From: Eledone cirrhosa
Lineage: Eukaryota
Direction: 5' to 3'
Assembly (NCBI GenBank): GCA_964016885.1
Contig: OZ024747.1
Coordinates: forward strand, 40,176,001-40,240,000
DNA: 64,000 nt
Position numbers and translations under genes: made by a program. Under the pieces are notes generated by a model. It made no database searches. It saw nothing but the letters and a program-made list of their open reading frames with translations, and was not told the DNA's origin. The number at the start of each line of letters is the position of its first letter. Position 1 is the first letter of the stretch. Shown piece after piece: positions 29,131 to 42,804 of the stretch.

Positions 29131-29472
29131 TGTGTGTGTGTGTGTAATGGAGAGAAATTAATCTGTTACAATTTCGGGATTACATTGATTTTTTTTAACT
29201 GTGAACAGAATAGCAATATAACAGATTTATTACATCTCTATACTTCACTATAGAGTTAACAACATTGATTAATATAGAGAGTAGAAAATTACAGAGACAG
29301 CGTATTGAGACTTGAAAGGTGAGACAGTGAGAAGCTGCATACATATTTATAAACATGAAATACGAGAGCCTGTTGCATTTGCTTTAATAAGCTTTATAGT
29401 TTAGTGATGCGTGTTTAACATACAGAAATGCATGTATATATATATGTATATATATATGTATATATATATATG

Positions 29473-29517
<45 letters not shown>

Positions 29518-29554
29518 ATTTTTAAGTATGTATATTTCCATATACAACTATATG

Positions 29555-29594
<40 letters not shown>

Positions 29595-29803
29595 CTATAT
29601 AGACGATATGTGTATGCATATATATATAGGGAATCATATAATCACAGAGCATATATACGCAGTTGTTGTGAAAAGTAATCCAAATCTAGACTCTGACATT
29701 AATTTATTACACAAAAACGTGAAGCACACACACACACGCACGCACACACGCACGCACACACACCCATACATACACACTCATACATACACACACATACACA
29801 AGC

Positions 29804-29850
<47 letters not shown>

Positions 29851-29910
29851 TTTACATGTATATATATATGTATATATTGGAAAATGTGTGAGATCCTTGG
29901 TACAGTTAGG

Positions 29911-30100
29911 TATATTTGAAATAAAGGAAAAGAATGACTTCACTTGTAGTGTTAAAAAATTTTTGATTTAATTTTAAATTTAATTTTATAATATTATAAT
30001 ATTATGAGATAATATTATAATATAAAATTAAATTTAAAATTAAATCAAACATTTTTTAACACTACAAGTGAAGTCATTCTTTTCCTTTTTTTCAAATATA
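29911..30100. repeat. Fold-back inverted repeat (about 80-bp arms) between (TA)n tracts
   Basis: tatatttgaaataaaggaaaagaatgacttcacttgtagtgtt... and its near-perfect reverse complement ending at 30100. Confidence 0.88.
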
Positions 30101-30628
30101 TATACATATATATATATATTAATATATATATATATATAAATGATATGTCGATATGTGTCGCTAAATATGTTTGTAACTTGAAGTTTCATATCTCTAGACA
30201 CACGTCAATGAATCATCAGAATTTTTACCCAATGAAAATACTAACATGTTACGTCTCTAGTTAATCTACCCAGGAATTACTATAAACTTGAATACCCAAC
30301 ATCATTTTCTGATTCTATAGCTATTATACCTAATTGTTGTTTATTTGCTTCTGAGGTTTTTGGTGGTGCTCGTTTGTGCAATTCTTGATTGTATGAGCAG
30401 CAGTTAACTTTTTTCGTAATGTTGATCTCAGTTTAGTAACAGTTCTTCCTCAATGATCGTTGATATTGCTCACTGCCTAGGTTTGGAGCTTTATATAAAT
30501 ATAAATATATGTGGGTGAATGCTTATATATATATATATAGGTAATCCCCAAGTTAGGAACGAGTTCTAATGTCTCTCTGTAAGCCGCATACGATTCAAAT
30601 CTACCGTTTGTTAGACAAATCTTTGTCT

Positions 30629-30669
<41 letters not shown>

Positions 30670-30677
30670 TGTATATG

Positions 30678-30834
<157 letters not shown>

Positions 30835-30842
30835 CATATATA

Positions 30843-30886
<44 letters not shown>

Positions 30887-30891
30887 ATATG

Positions 30892-30945
<54 letters not shown>

Positions 30946-30961
30946 CATATATATATATATC

Positions 30962-30992
<31 letters not shown>

Positions 30993-30993
30993 A

Positions 30994-31136
<143 letters not shown>

Positions 31137-31957
31137 CATATATATATAAATACATAAAATACAGTAATTATAATAAGAATAATAATTCCAGATACAGTAT
31201 TTAATGGCGTGTACATTTAAATTATATTCAAAATAATTAAGCAATCGTTACCCATAACAAATTATGCCTCACAGTCACTTTCATTAGCTATACGTCGAGC
31301 GTTTAAATCACTAAAAGGGCTTCGAGCCTCTTGCACTAAATCGAGGTGATTGGCCGTATTATTCGGCTGTTGACCGAGTAACTAAAGTACCAATAGCCTA
31401 GCTATTTTAATAATTAAACCGTAGCGTTACTTAGTCATAATTATAACATTAATTGATATATAGCATTTGTCCGTCAACATTTTCTCCATCGTTAATCGAC
31501 TATAACCTTACAATTTACTAATGTCTGTTGGCGTTTCGCCTCTTTCCTCTCGTAATTTCAATCGTGATCATTTTTCTGTTCTGTGATGCATCACTATCGC
31601 TTGCACTAGATGTACGCTTGGATGCATGGACGTGTAAAAATACAAATATAAATTAAACAAAATAAACCGATCACATACAATACTAGTGTTTAAGAAATCT
31701 GAATTAAATGGCAACAGCGATGCGCTGTCCGTCATCGGACTGACAAACCGCTGAAAATGTATGTCGAAAAGTAATTCTTAATATAGTAGACTCTACATGT
31801 CGGTTTATAACAATGGATGTTACCCGGAAATCGTAACTCCCAGCTCACACACAAACATATATAGTAATAATAATTACGAAGATCAAAATCCGATGAGGGC
31901 TCGATAAGGATTGTATATATAAAAAAGTATATATAATCCCGTAGAGCAAATATGTAT

Positions 31958-32078
31958 TATTAGTACAGATTAAAGTTCAAGCAAAGAATCGCTGCTTTTA
32001 CCCTATGACGGGATCTTCTGAAGATCCCATTATAGGGTAAAAGCAGCGATTCTTTGCTTGAACTTTAATCTGTACTAA

Positions 32079-32080
<2 letters not shown>
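31958..32080. repeat. Near-perfect palindrome (61-bp arms, 1-nt centre) abutting (TA)n
   Basis: Centre ggatcttc-t-gaagatcc at 32019, with two mismatches between the arms. Confidence 0.92.
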
Positions 32081-32156
<76 letters not shown>

Positions 32157-32369
32157 TTCATATACACGTATCATATACGCATTTATATGTGGGTGTTTAT
32201 TTTTGTATATATACGGACTAGATATATACACACACAAACGTTTACAAAACTTTTCCTTATATTCAAGTGATTTATGAGAATTAACTTGTCTCCCATGTCT
32301 TTATTTAAACCATGCTGGGTATTTCAATGTTTTACATTTTGCAATATCATTATTTTAATATTTTTTTAT

Positions 32370-33586
32370 GGCGGGGGATTGGCAGTTTCGGTAGAGGGTT
32401 GGACACCATGCTTTGTCGCATAGAGTTACGGCCCTTGCGATTCTGAGTTCAAATCCCGCCGAGGTTAACTTTCCCTTTCATCCTGACGGGCTCGATAAAA
32501 TAAAGTACCAGTAATGCACTGGATAATTGCTGGCCTTGTGCCAAAAAGTAGTAGAAACAATTATTTTAATATTTTAACTATTACCGAAGTAGATTGACAC
32601 ACAATCGGTAAAACGATACATAAAACGTCTTTCATTTATTAGTCGGATTGACAGTATCAGTAGAGGGTTGGACGCCATGCTTTGACGTATAGAGTTACGG
32701 CCCTTGCCATTCTGAGTTCAAATCCCGCTGAGGTTAACTTTGCCTTTCATCCTTACGGGGTCGATAAAATAAAGTACCAATAATGTACTGGGTAATTGTT
32801 GGCCTTGTGCCAAACGAAGAAACAATTATTTAGTCCCATCATAAAATAAAGTACCAGTAATGAACTGGTGTCGACTTAATCGACTTCCCCTCCCCCAAAA
32901 TCAGAAACCATTATCTAGTCACATCTGAACAATGGATTAGCAGTATTGGGAGGGCGCCAGACAACATTATTTGCAGCATATAGTTACATCCCTTTACGTT
33001 CAAAGTTCAAATCCCGCCGAGGTTAGCTTTACATTTCGTAATAACGGGATCGATAAATAAGGTTCCAGTAATGCACTTGGGTAGATTTAATCGACATTCC
33101 CCTCCTTTCAGATTACTAGCCTTGTGCCAAATGCAGAAATGACTATTTAGTCTCATACCTCTAATTTCTATGTTTATATCTGACTTTGATTTACTAAGGG
33201 TTGTTACAATATACGCCAGTTGTATACATTTATCAATTCCCTTGACATTTCTTAAATATGTCACCTCGTTCCATAATTGGAAACCCTTATAGTTGTCATC
33301 TCTCATGTTTATGTTGATGGTGATGATGCTTATGCTAAGATAGTTAATAATTCGTATTTTCAACCTGTTATAAATTACTGCTATTATTTGTTACATTATG
33401 GATTGGCAGTATCGGTAGAGGGTCAGACCCCATGCTTTGACGCATAGAGTTACGGCCCTTTCCATTCTGAGTTCAAATCCCGCCGAGGTCAACTTCGCCT
33501 TTCATCCTTACGGTGTCGATAAAATAAAGTACCAGTAATGTACTGAGATAATTGTTGACCTTGTGCCAAAAGTAGAAACAATTATT
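32370..33586 (+). mobile_element. Cluster of four full and one partial SINE family 1 copies (about 32370-32565, 32645-32830, 32840-32900, 32934-33150, 33399-33586)
   Basis: Repeated head, core and tail as in 1037-1221, all on the + strand. Confidence 0.88.
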
Positions 33587-33834
33587 TGTTACATTCGTTG
33601 CCATTTACTAGTGTTAATGTTGTTCCTGTTCTTGGTTGTGATGTGTTTGAGACATTGAGACAAAGAACATGATGTTAACGGTGATGTTGATGAGGACAAG
33701 GAAGGTGCTGTTGGTGATGATGATAATGATAATGATGTTTTTGTTATTGATGTTATTGTTGCTGTTGTTTTTGTTGATGATGATGATGTTGTTATTGTTA
33801 ATGATGATGATGATGATGATTTTGCTGTTATTGT

Positions 33835-33869
<35 letters not shown>

Positions 33870-34578
33870 TTACTATTATTGTTGATGATGATGATGATGA
33901 TATTATGGTCATCGCTGGTGATATGCTAATTGCAAAGATTCACTCTAGTTGAAAATACTGTTTATTCGTGCATGTGTGTGTATATGTGTGTTTACATGTA
34001 CATATGTATGTGTATTTCGGTGGTTGAGTGTGTGTGCGTATGTGCATGTGCATTTGTGTGCATTATTTTTGTATTGGGTTTGTTGCCTCCAAAAGAATCA
34101 TTTTCTAAAATGTAAAGGGCCTAACACTAACATAAACAATTAAATTGTGGGCTTTGAAAAGTTTCTGTTTGTGTGTAAACTCAGTGAGTGATTTGATCTG
34201 AATCTTGTCTAAAATATCGCCTGTGTCCGTACAGGCATAGGGGCCATTGATTAACCCCTCCCCCAGTTTTATGTCACTCTTTGTTGTAGATAAACTCAGA
34301 ATCTTCCATCGCATGTATCAGTGAATATGAAAAGTATTTAGGTTTCATACACACTTGACTATGTATACAGAGATTCTGTCTAGGGAGTCACTCAGTTTCG
34401 TTAGCGGTGTATAAATGGCGGATCACTTCGATAATATTGCTTCCTAAACAAGATCAATGGCTAGTATTCTGTAATACAATCGTTGCTATTTACTACTGTT
34501 AATGTTGCTTCAATTGTCCTTCTTGGTTGTGTTGTGCTTGATGAGGATGACAAGGATGATGGTGATGATGATGATGAC

Positions 34579-34620
<42 letters not shown>

Positions 34621-35386
34621 ATCTCAATGGCAGAAATATTTAAGAATGACCTACAGAAGTTATCGAAGAACATATCTAGTTAATTACCGAAAAATTATTA
34701 TTATACAGATGTAAAGTTATCTTGAATACCCAGGAAATAATTTTCTGATACTCTAGCTGTTATGCTTAATTGCTGTTTATTTCTATCTGTTCTTGTTTGT
34801 TTTTCCAATATTCTAAGATGATATAACAGTATATATGTGCGCATATTTATGTATATATAAGTGCATGGATATATTTAGACATTTGGGGCCCAGGGCAGTT
34901 CAGGTTTGGCTTACCCGGTGCAGTTCAGGTTTAGTGGGGCCAGGGATGTTCCGAGAGAGGGACCTGTTTGACTAGGCGTGCACAGAGAATTCGCCCTCAC
35001 CGCCACTCGATAAATCCGGACCTATATATGTGTCTGTACGTATGGATTTCTTAAGAATTGTCGTTTTTAACGATAGGCACTGTAAATCAAAAAATAAACT
35101 GCTTCCTGTCAGTTCGAGACAATAACCTGGTTTTGACTCTAAGTTCACGAAATGACATCTCTTGGGAAAGTAAGAACAGCATAAATGTCACAATATCCCG
35201 TTAGATAATTATCGTACAATATATAGTATTTATAGTGTTCGTTCCTTGTCGTAAATAAATCAATGATAGGACATTATAACCAAATCCAAATCCAACAGTA
35301 CCTTTTTTTCTTATTTAGAAGAAGAAAAAACATTAAGCTTCACCTCCTCCGCCATCTCAAATAATATTTGTTTTTGTTTTCTTGTG

Positions 35387-35437
<51 letters not shown>

Positions 35438-35784
35438 GTTAACTTTGCCTTTCATCCTTACGGGGTCGATAAAATAAAGTACCAGTAATGCACTGGGATA
35501 ATTGCTGGCCTTGTGCCAAAAGTAGAAACAATTATTATTATTATTATTATTATTGTTATTATTTTATTTGAGCTGTGGAATCGCAGAATCTTTAGAGCGT
35601 CAGATTGGATACTTTAGAATATTTGTTCTGGTACTTTCAGCTCTGAGTTAAAATCCTGCCATGGTCAACTTTGCTTTTCATCCTTCCAGGATCGATGCAA
35701 TAAAGTACCGGTAACGCACTGGGGTCGATTTAATCGACTTTCCCCTTCCCAAAAAATGGTTGGCCTTGTGCTGAAATCAGACAT

Positions 35785-35815
<31 letters not shown>

Positions 35816-35855
35816 GTACTGGGTAATTGCTGGCCTTGTGCCTAAAGTAGAAACA

Positions 35856-35918
<63 letters not shown>

Positions 35919-36140
35919 TCAATTAGGGCGGTGTATAGGCTGAGTCGTTAGAGTGTCGGACAAATACTTAACAGCAATTGTTCCGGCTCTTTATGTTTAG
36001 AGTTCAAATCCGGCCGAAGTCCACTTTGCTTTACATCCTTCTGACGTCGATAAAAGAAAGTACCAGTCATGTAATGGGTCGACACCATCGACTTTACCCT
36101 TCCCACAAATTATTGGCCTTGTGTCTAAATTAGAAATAAT
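35438..36140 (+). mobile_element. Cluster of full and 5'-truncated SINE family 1 copies in (TTA)n tracts
   Basis: Core and tail segments at about 35438-35535, 35570-35790, 35813-35860 and 35925-36140, separated by (ATT)n. Confidence 0.85.
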
Positions 36141-37086
36141 AATGATTATTATTATTTCATTATTGTTATTATTGTTATTATTGTTATTGATTGATTGATT
36201 TGAGGGTTGGTTGATTAATATCACACTTTTATTTTGAAAATGACGACATGATAAAGTAGGCCCTATTTAGAGCAGCTTCCTGTATTATTATTTCGTGTTA
36301 GTCTGTAGTCATCAATACAATAAAATTTGTTGAGCATTCACCTTCCTTTCGTTGCGTTCATTTTTTCCCCCCTCTAAATGTTGTTTTAAATTCATTTGCT
36401 ATTATTTTGTTTGTTACATTGAATACACGAAATTGTCTTATTTCAGGTTTCTACAGCAATTATTTAAAAAGGCGAGAGAAATATATTAGCTGCAGTTATT
36501 TGAATGTATTTACGATTAATATCTATTTCAAGATTGCACATATACAGGATGTTCCTAAACATGTACACAGAAAAAGTACCATTATAAGGACTATATCGCT
36601 CAATAAAAGCTTTCTACGACAGGAGACACGAATTCCACGTCCGATTGTTTTGTAATCACATATATCGTCTTTTATATTACTAATTTGGTTGAGATTACTC
36701 ACATATGTATATACACAACAACACCACCAGTTCTCTCTTCCATTCTCCTTCTCTGCCTCCTCTCCCTCCCTCTATGTCTCTCTTTCAATCTACTCTGTCA
36801 CAACCACTATCTCTTTCTCTCTAGCTTTTTCTCTCTTTTTTATGAAGGTACCCGGAAAAAACCCATATCTAGGGAACCCGTAGTCCGATTTACGCGAAAC
36901 TTCTTTTATTCCATTTGTATTCCCATTTCGGGGACAACTTCCTTTCAAACTATTTTTTTCATTATGCGCCCTTTTGGTTGTATTATATTACAGACAAGCA
37001 AGCAAGCAAACAATCACAGACTTTTAGTAATATATAGATAGATAGTAGTAGAATCTAAACTATCTCAACACTTTGTGAATATCAGG

Positions 37087-37335
37087 AGGTGTATTGCCTA
37101 TTGGTAAGTGTGTTGAACTTACGATCAGAATCCGATGGGATCGCTACTTGGACTGGACTGTATGTTGTGTTATTTAGTAAAACACTTCAATTCAGATTGG
37201 TCCAGTACACTCAGTTGAAAATGAGTACCAGCAATAACAGGGGATTTTAACCTTCCATTGGTCTGGCGTCCTGTCCAGCGGGAAGTCATATACTCTCAAT
37301 AGCTTTACGCCATGCAAATCGGGATAAATATCGGC
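37087..37335 (+). mobile_element. tRNA-derived SINE family 2 (related copies at 47916-48230 and 61433-61685)
   Basis: tRNA-like head followed by shared ttgtgt..tt.ag.aaa.cacttca.ttca.a..g.tccagta.actcagttgaaaatgagta. The 61433 copy keeps a box A-like TGGCCTAGTGG and box B GGTTCGATTCC. Confidence 0.75.
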
Positions 37336-38104
37336 TCGAGAAGAAATTTAGAATATTAGACGAAATTATCCGTGTATGATATTATTTAAATCTTCGCTAA
37401 TTGTTCGCTGAGAGATAAACTCATTCGCGACACATTAATCTTAAGAGATCATATATGATATAATGAAGAGTCAAAAATGAAATGGTTTTATAAGCTACTA
37501 GCTGCAGTACCCGGTAATACCCGGGAAAGGTGGGGCTATTCACAGTTCCCAGAGTGCGCCTGAAAATGCTAGTGACCCTGGATGGCCATACTGGATTTTC
37601 AATAGCAACCTTTGCTAGGTGTGTTTATGGCAGATCAAGTGTTTGTGTGAAACTATCAATAGCTGTTTAAGTCATAAGTCTTTCTACCTTCCAGCTTGCT
37701 TCATTCAGAGTGAATAAACCGGGGAAGTTTGAGCTCGAAGAGTATCGAACTTATTCCACAGACTTATGTATAAGAATAGCAAACTTACTGTCTTAGCTCT
37801 CAAGAACAAACACAGAACAATTGAGGAAGTCAATAATGAGGGAGAAGTTACATCTTCTTAATTCGTGTTAATCTGCCCATGACGCCTCGAAATATCGACA
37901 AAATAAACTCTACTCTCAAAGACGGCATGTTACAATTAACATGCCGGTCAACATACGATTTGGGTTTTATTCTTAGGACCAATCTCATGGTAAGCCAACT
38001 TCCAGGTCATCGATCACACTTTTTTGTAACTTATCACCGATTCCTGCAGTTGACCTTAATGTGACCTAAACGTGTGCTCATGTTCAGAATCCATATCAGT
38101 GGAT

Positions 38105-38142
<38 letters not shown>

Positions 38143-38147
<5 letters not shown>

Positions 38148-38676
38148 ATAGAGGTGTAACACACAAGTTATTATATATTGGTAAACGGAATAGAAAATGC
38201 TGACAAATTGTTCACAGTTGAAAAATGGTTTAATTAGGAATAAAAGAGTATTAGTGATTGTATGGGTTAGTATTCAGTTGTGGTTTTAAGTTTTTAAGTT
38301 TTTACCGGTTGCGCATTTCTAAATGCTTTTCAAAAATAATTTTGAGATAGTGTCCGTGCTGTTTGCTCTGATCTGATTAGTTTTGGGAATTCTACCTGTT
38401 TTTATGTTAAAAAAGTGGCTCCAGCGTTATTTTTGTGTTGCAAAAATGCTTGTGGTCAAAACAATTTTGATTGGTCGGTAGAGGTCATGTGAATGTAAAA
38501 AGTTGATTTTGCGCCAAGACTGTTTTTATGTTAAAATGTTAAAAAAGTGGCTCCAGCAAAAATTATTGGTCAAAACAATTTTGATTGGTCGGTAGAGGTC
38601 ATGTGGATAAAAAATTGGTTTTGCGCCAAGATTGAGAAATGACTCTTTCACAACAAATATGTGTGTGTGTGTGTGT

Positions 38677-38714
<38 letters not shown>

Positions 38715-38785
38715 TAGTAGTAGTAAGGTGTTCGATGCTGCGACAATGGCCAGCAGCGATGTGTGTCAAATGGCTATTAAGATAA

Positions 38786-38816
<31 letters not shown>

Positions 38817-41198
38817 GCAGAGTCATTCGAAGGTCAAAAGATATTTTTCAGCTTTTGTCTTATACGGACAAGTGCGTGTGTGTGTGTGTGTGTGTGTGTG
38901 TATAAGTCTCTTTGTATGTTGATGTACGCGTGTGTATGTGTTTGTATATATATATGTGTGTGTGGGGGGGGGGGGGGCAGTATTTTTTTCCCCCTGGTAA
39001 AATGGTGTACATTATTCGATTTTTTCAGTAAAATCGGTTCTCTTAATAGAACATCAAAAATCTTAACAATAAAAGGTGTGAAATGATATTCACTATATAT
39101 ATACACACACATACACACATTCACTACATATATATATATATATATACATATATACATACATATATATGCACATATATTTGTTTGTATTGCACCATAGAGC
39201 ATGTGTGTTTACGTGTGTCATTGTGTTTATATGTGGGTAGAGATGTGTGCTGATGTAGGTATGTATGGTGACGTGTGTATGTTGTGGGTTCGTCTTAGGG
39301 AGAAGTGTTTAGACGGGGTCCGTATTTGTTAATGAAGTAAGATTCCTTGCTGATGCGCTGGGTGTGGGTGGCATTATCTTTAAATTTGTAGAGGGGAAAG
39401 ATTCTGAAGTTGGGATGATTTTGGGCGGCACAGGTATCAATGTGTTCACTCAGTGGTATTTTCCTGTATTCCCGTATTTTAATTTGGGATCTATGGACAG
39501 TCATGCGTTGGCGGAGGCTGTTTTTGGTCTGGCCTATGTATTGTTCTCGACAACCTGAACAAGTTAATACATATATTAGATTTTCCGATGCACATGTGAA
39601 ATTGTGTTTTACTATAAAACGTTGTCCATCTTTGAAATAGAATTCCGAACCCTCTATTAGGTTGATGCAAATGCCACAGTTGGGTCTATCGCATTTTTTT
39701 ACTGTGGGTTTCGTTGTTGTGGTTGGCAGTACTTTGGCATGTGTTAAGATGTTTTTCATTGACTTGGATTGTCTTTTGCTCTTTATGATATCGTGTGTTC
39801 GTAGAATTTGGTTCATTCTATGGTCCTTTTTCAATACAGGGATGTTCTGGAGGATGGTGTCAAAGGCCTCATTGTTGAGGGGGTTGTGTGTGGAGATGTA
39901 TGGAAGAGCTTTTAGTTTTGGTTGATTTACTTTAGGGTGTCTAAGGTCCTGGGTACTGAGTTTTAGGGCTCGTTGGATTCCATTGTCAATTAGTGATGCA
40001 GGGTAGTCCCTGCCTATGAGTGTGTCCTTTAGTTCTTGTAGCCGTAAGTAGCAGATGTTTTTATTGGATACTATAGTACAGATTCTCTTGGCTAAGTTGT
40101 AGGGAATATTAATTTTAACGTGTCTAGGGTGGCAAGAGTTGAAGGGGAGGTATTGCTTGGAGTCTGTGGGCTTGTAGTATATGTCTGTTTCTATTTTTTT
40201 GTTATGGATCTTAATGAGGATGTCGAGGAAGGGGAGTTGTTGATGGCTGTATTCCATCGTGAAGTTAATATTTGTGTTGAGCCCATTTATAAGGGTGTGA
40301 AATTCTTTAAGTTTTTCGATGTTTTCGTGCCAAAGGATGAAGCAGTCATCTAGATATCGCTTCCAGTTCCTTTCAATGTGTAAGTGGAGGGTGTTTCCAA
40401 ATTTGTTTAGGACTTTAGTGTAGAGGGTGATTTCCAGGTATCCCATGACTAGGTTGGCATAAGTAGGGGCTGTTTTCGTTCCCATAGCGGTCCCAGATTT
40501 CTGCCTGTAGGGTTTGTTATTGAAAACGAAGTAATTGTTCTCCAAGATAAATTTGAGTCCCTCTATCACGAATTCTTTTTTGATGCGTTGTGGGAGTTCA
40601 TTGTGGAAATTATCCAGCCAGAATTGGATAGCTTCTATTCCTAGGTTGTGGGGGATGTTGGAGTATAGGTTGACTACATCGAACGTCACTAGTAGGGTTT
40701 GTTCAGAAAGTGGCATATTAGGGAGGTGATTGAGCATATCTAGGTCGTCCCTTATATAGCTTTTGATGTGCTTGAGGAAGGGTTTGAGAAGGGTATCAAT
40801 GAAGTTGCTAAGACGGTGCGTTTCGCAAGCGGGGCCTGACATTTTAACATAAAAACAGTCTTGGCGCAAAATCAACTTTTTACATTCACATGACCTCTAC
40901 CGACCAATCAAAATTGTTTTGACCACAAGCATTTTTGCAACACAAAAATAACGCTGGAGCCACTTTTTTAACATAAAAACAGGTAGAATTCCCAAAATTA
41001 ATCAGATCAGAGCAAACAGCACGGTCACTCTATCTCAAAATTATTTTTGAAAAGCATTTAGAAATGCGCAACCGGTAAAAACTTAAAAACTTAAAACCAC
41101 AACTGAATACTAACCCATACAATCACTAATACTCTTTTATTCCTAATTAAACCATTTTTCAACTGTGAACAATTTGTCAGCATTTTCTATTCCGTTTA

Positions 41199-41208
<10 letters not shown>
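38143..41208 (-). mobile_element. Penelope-like element, 5'-truncated, with inverted pseudo-LTR
   Basis: 38172-38539 is inverted at 40839-41208, the RT/GIY-YIG ORF lies between, and both ends sit in (TA)n. Confidence 0.92.
39295..40840 (-). CDS. Penelope-like reverse transcriptase plus GIY-YIG endonuclease (partial, frame uninterrupted)
   Basis: RT motifs FDVVNLYSNIP, QKSGTAMG, WKRYLDDCF, LPFLDI and TDIYYKPT, a C-x4-C-x2-C linker, and NLIYVLTCSGCREQYIGQT. Confidence 0.93.
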
Positions 41209-41277
<69 letters not shown>

Positions 41278-41905
41278 GAATAAATTTAGTCCTTCATCAG
41301 TGATCTACCAGCCTTCATTGGTATTTCATCGCTTTAAAGACCATATACCTCCGGTTGGTGCGAGCAACGGCTAAAGAAAGTCGTTGGGACACGTAAATAG
41401 GGGGAACGAGCGAGACAGTAAACAAACAAAGATGGTAATGCAACGAAAAGTGAGGAAGAAGGAGTCAAGTCCCTGAAATCGATGAACATAAGTTCTGTGA
41501 AATCGTGGACGAGAGAGAATAAAGACCATCAAACCTGGTCGAAATGTGAGTAAGGAAAGAATTTCGCACAGGTCAAACGGGAGGAAGTAGGAGAGGGAGT
41601 AGCAGAGAGTGAGTGAGTTAAAGTGTGAGGAAGAGGCTAACAGAGAGAGTGAGGGGGTAAAAGGAAGTGAGAGATACAGAGAAAAGGGGAAGCAGTAAAA
41701 GAAAGAAACAGACGGGTCACAGCGGAGGATATATATATATATATACAGAGACACCTGTTCAGTCGTCATCGTCAGTCAAAATTAGATTGTCGTCTGCTTT
41801 GTTTGACATTTCTTTATGTATACTAGATGTTTAGTTGACAGCTCAGCCTCTTAACACGAACATCCAGCACAGAATCAAAGAGATCAAAGACAATAACAAA
41901 ATCAA

Positions 41906-42150
41906 TTATTGATCTCTGTCCCGGGTTCTCCATGTATATTTATGGATGTCTCTGTGCTGGAAGAAGGTCTTCATAATAGAGAGTCCATTGCTAGAACTGA
42001 AGTCTAGTAAAGCCACTCCATTCGTATTTAGATAGCTGTTGCCATTCCTCCCAATCACTCCTTTCCATGCCAGGTGGTCAGTGCCAACATGACCATTGAA
42101 GTCTCCCATCAAGATATATGACTCATACTTAACTACATCTAACGCTGTAT
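41906..42150 (-). mobile_element. RTE-clade LINE apurinic-endonuclease fragment
   Basis: MGDFNGHVG...VIGRNG...NTNGVALLDF...NGLSIMKTFFQHRDIHKYTW. Confidence 0.85.
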
Positions 42151-42286
42151 TCGGACACTCTATTTGGTGTATAAACTTGCACCACCCATAGTCGAGTGAT
42201 GTTTTGAGTGTCTTAGACTATTTAATACAAAATAGTCTAAGACACACCCGAAACATCACTTAACTAACTAGAGTTATATATAGTAA

Positions 42287-42634
42287 TACGGTGATACCTC
42301 GCAGTATGAGTTTAATTCGTTCCATGACTGAGCTTGTTTTACAAATCAATTTTCCCCATTGAAATTAATTAAAATATAATTAATCGGTTCCACCCCACCC
42401 GCCCCCAAACTCCCATTGTTATGTGTTTTAAGACAGTAAAGGTGCAGTCACAAGGAAAATGACAATTATAAAAACATAATAAACGAGAATGCAAAAGAAA
42501 TTGATGGAACGAGGGAGACAGAAGAACAGGGTGGATAAGGATTATTGTTTGGAAGGAGAATGTCCTTCCATTAACACTTAATTTAGGTTTTTTGGACACA
42601 CTTTCTTCACTTGCAGGTCGTTTCATTAGAAACA
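42287..42634 (-). mobile_element. Probable terminal fragment of a second Tigger-like element
   Basis: TA+CGGTGATACCTCG...TTTAATTCGTTCC resembles a Tigger terminus. The minus strand has a short basic C-terminal peptide FLMKRPASEESVSKKPK. Confidence 0.5.
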
Positions 42635-42804
42635 CTAGCAGAAAAACCGCCCTCGGGCGGTTTTCTGCTAGCATATGTAGTGTGCATATTGGTATTATAC
42701 GCAAATATATATGTATATAGATATGTGTAAATTGAAAAGTAAATTGACAATATCTTCTTCTTCGCCCATTTATTTCTGAGAGTCTCGTGGGGGCAGAGTC
42801 CTTC

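Noticed and set aside
30172-30225. CTGATGA...GAAA on the minus strand (similar partial motifs at 54050-54082, 25905-25925 and 50955-51000)
   Set aside because: Helix I and/or helix II do not pair, or the core is incomplete. At most these are decayed remnants.
34860-35023. Possible hAT MITE (GC-rich island ending taaatccggacct)
   Set aside because: The left TIR and TSD are too degenerate to define.
40841-40875. N-terminus MILRQDCFYVKM of the 526-aa Penelope ORF
   Set aside because: It derives from the inverted pseudo-LTR fused to the truncated ORF and is not a real start.
41020-41080. Hammerhead in the Penelope pLTR (GAAATGCGCA seen)
   Set aside because: There is no upstream CUGANGA and no UH after helix III.
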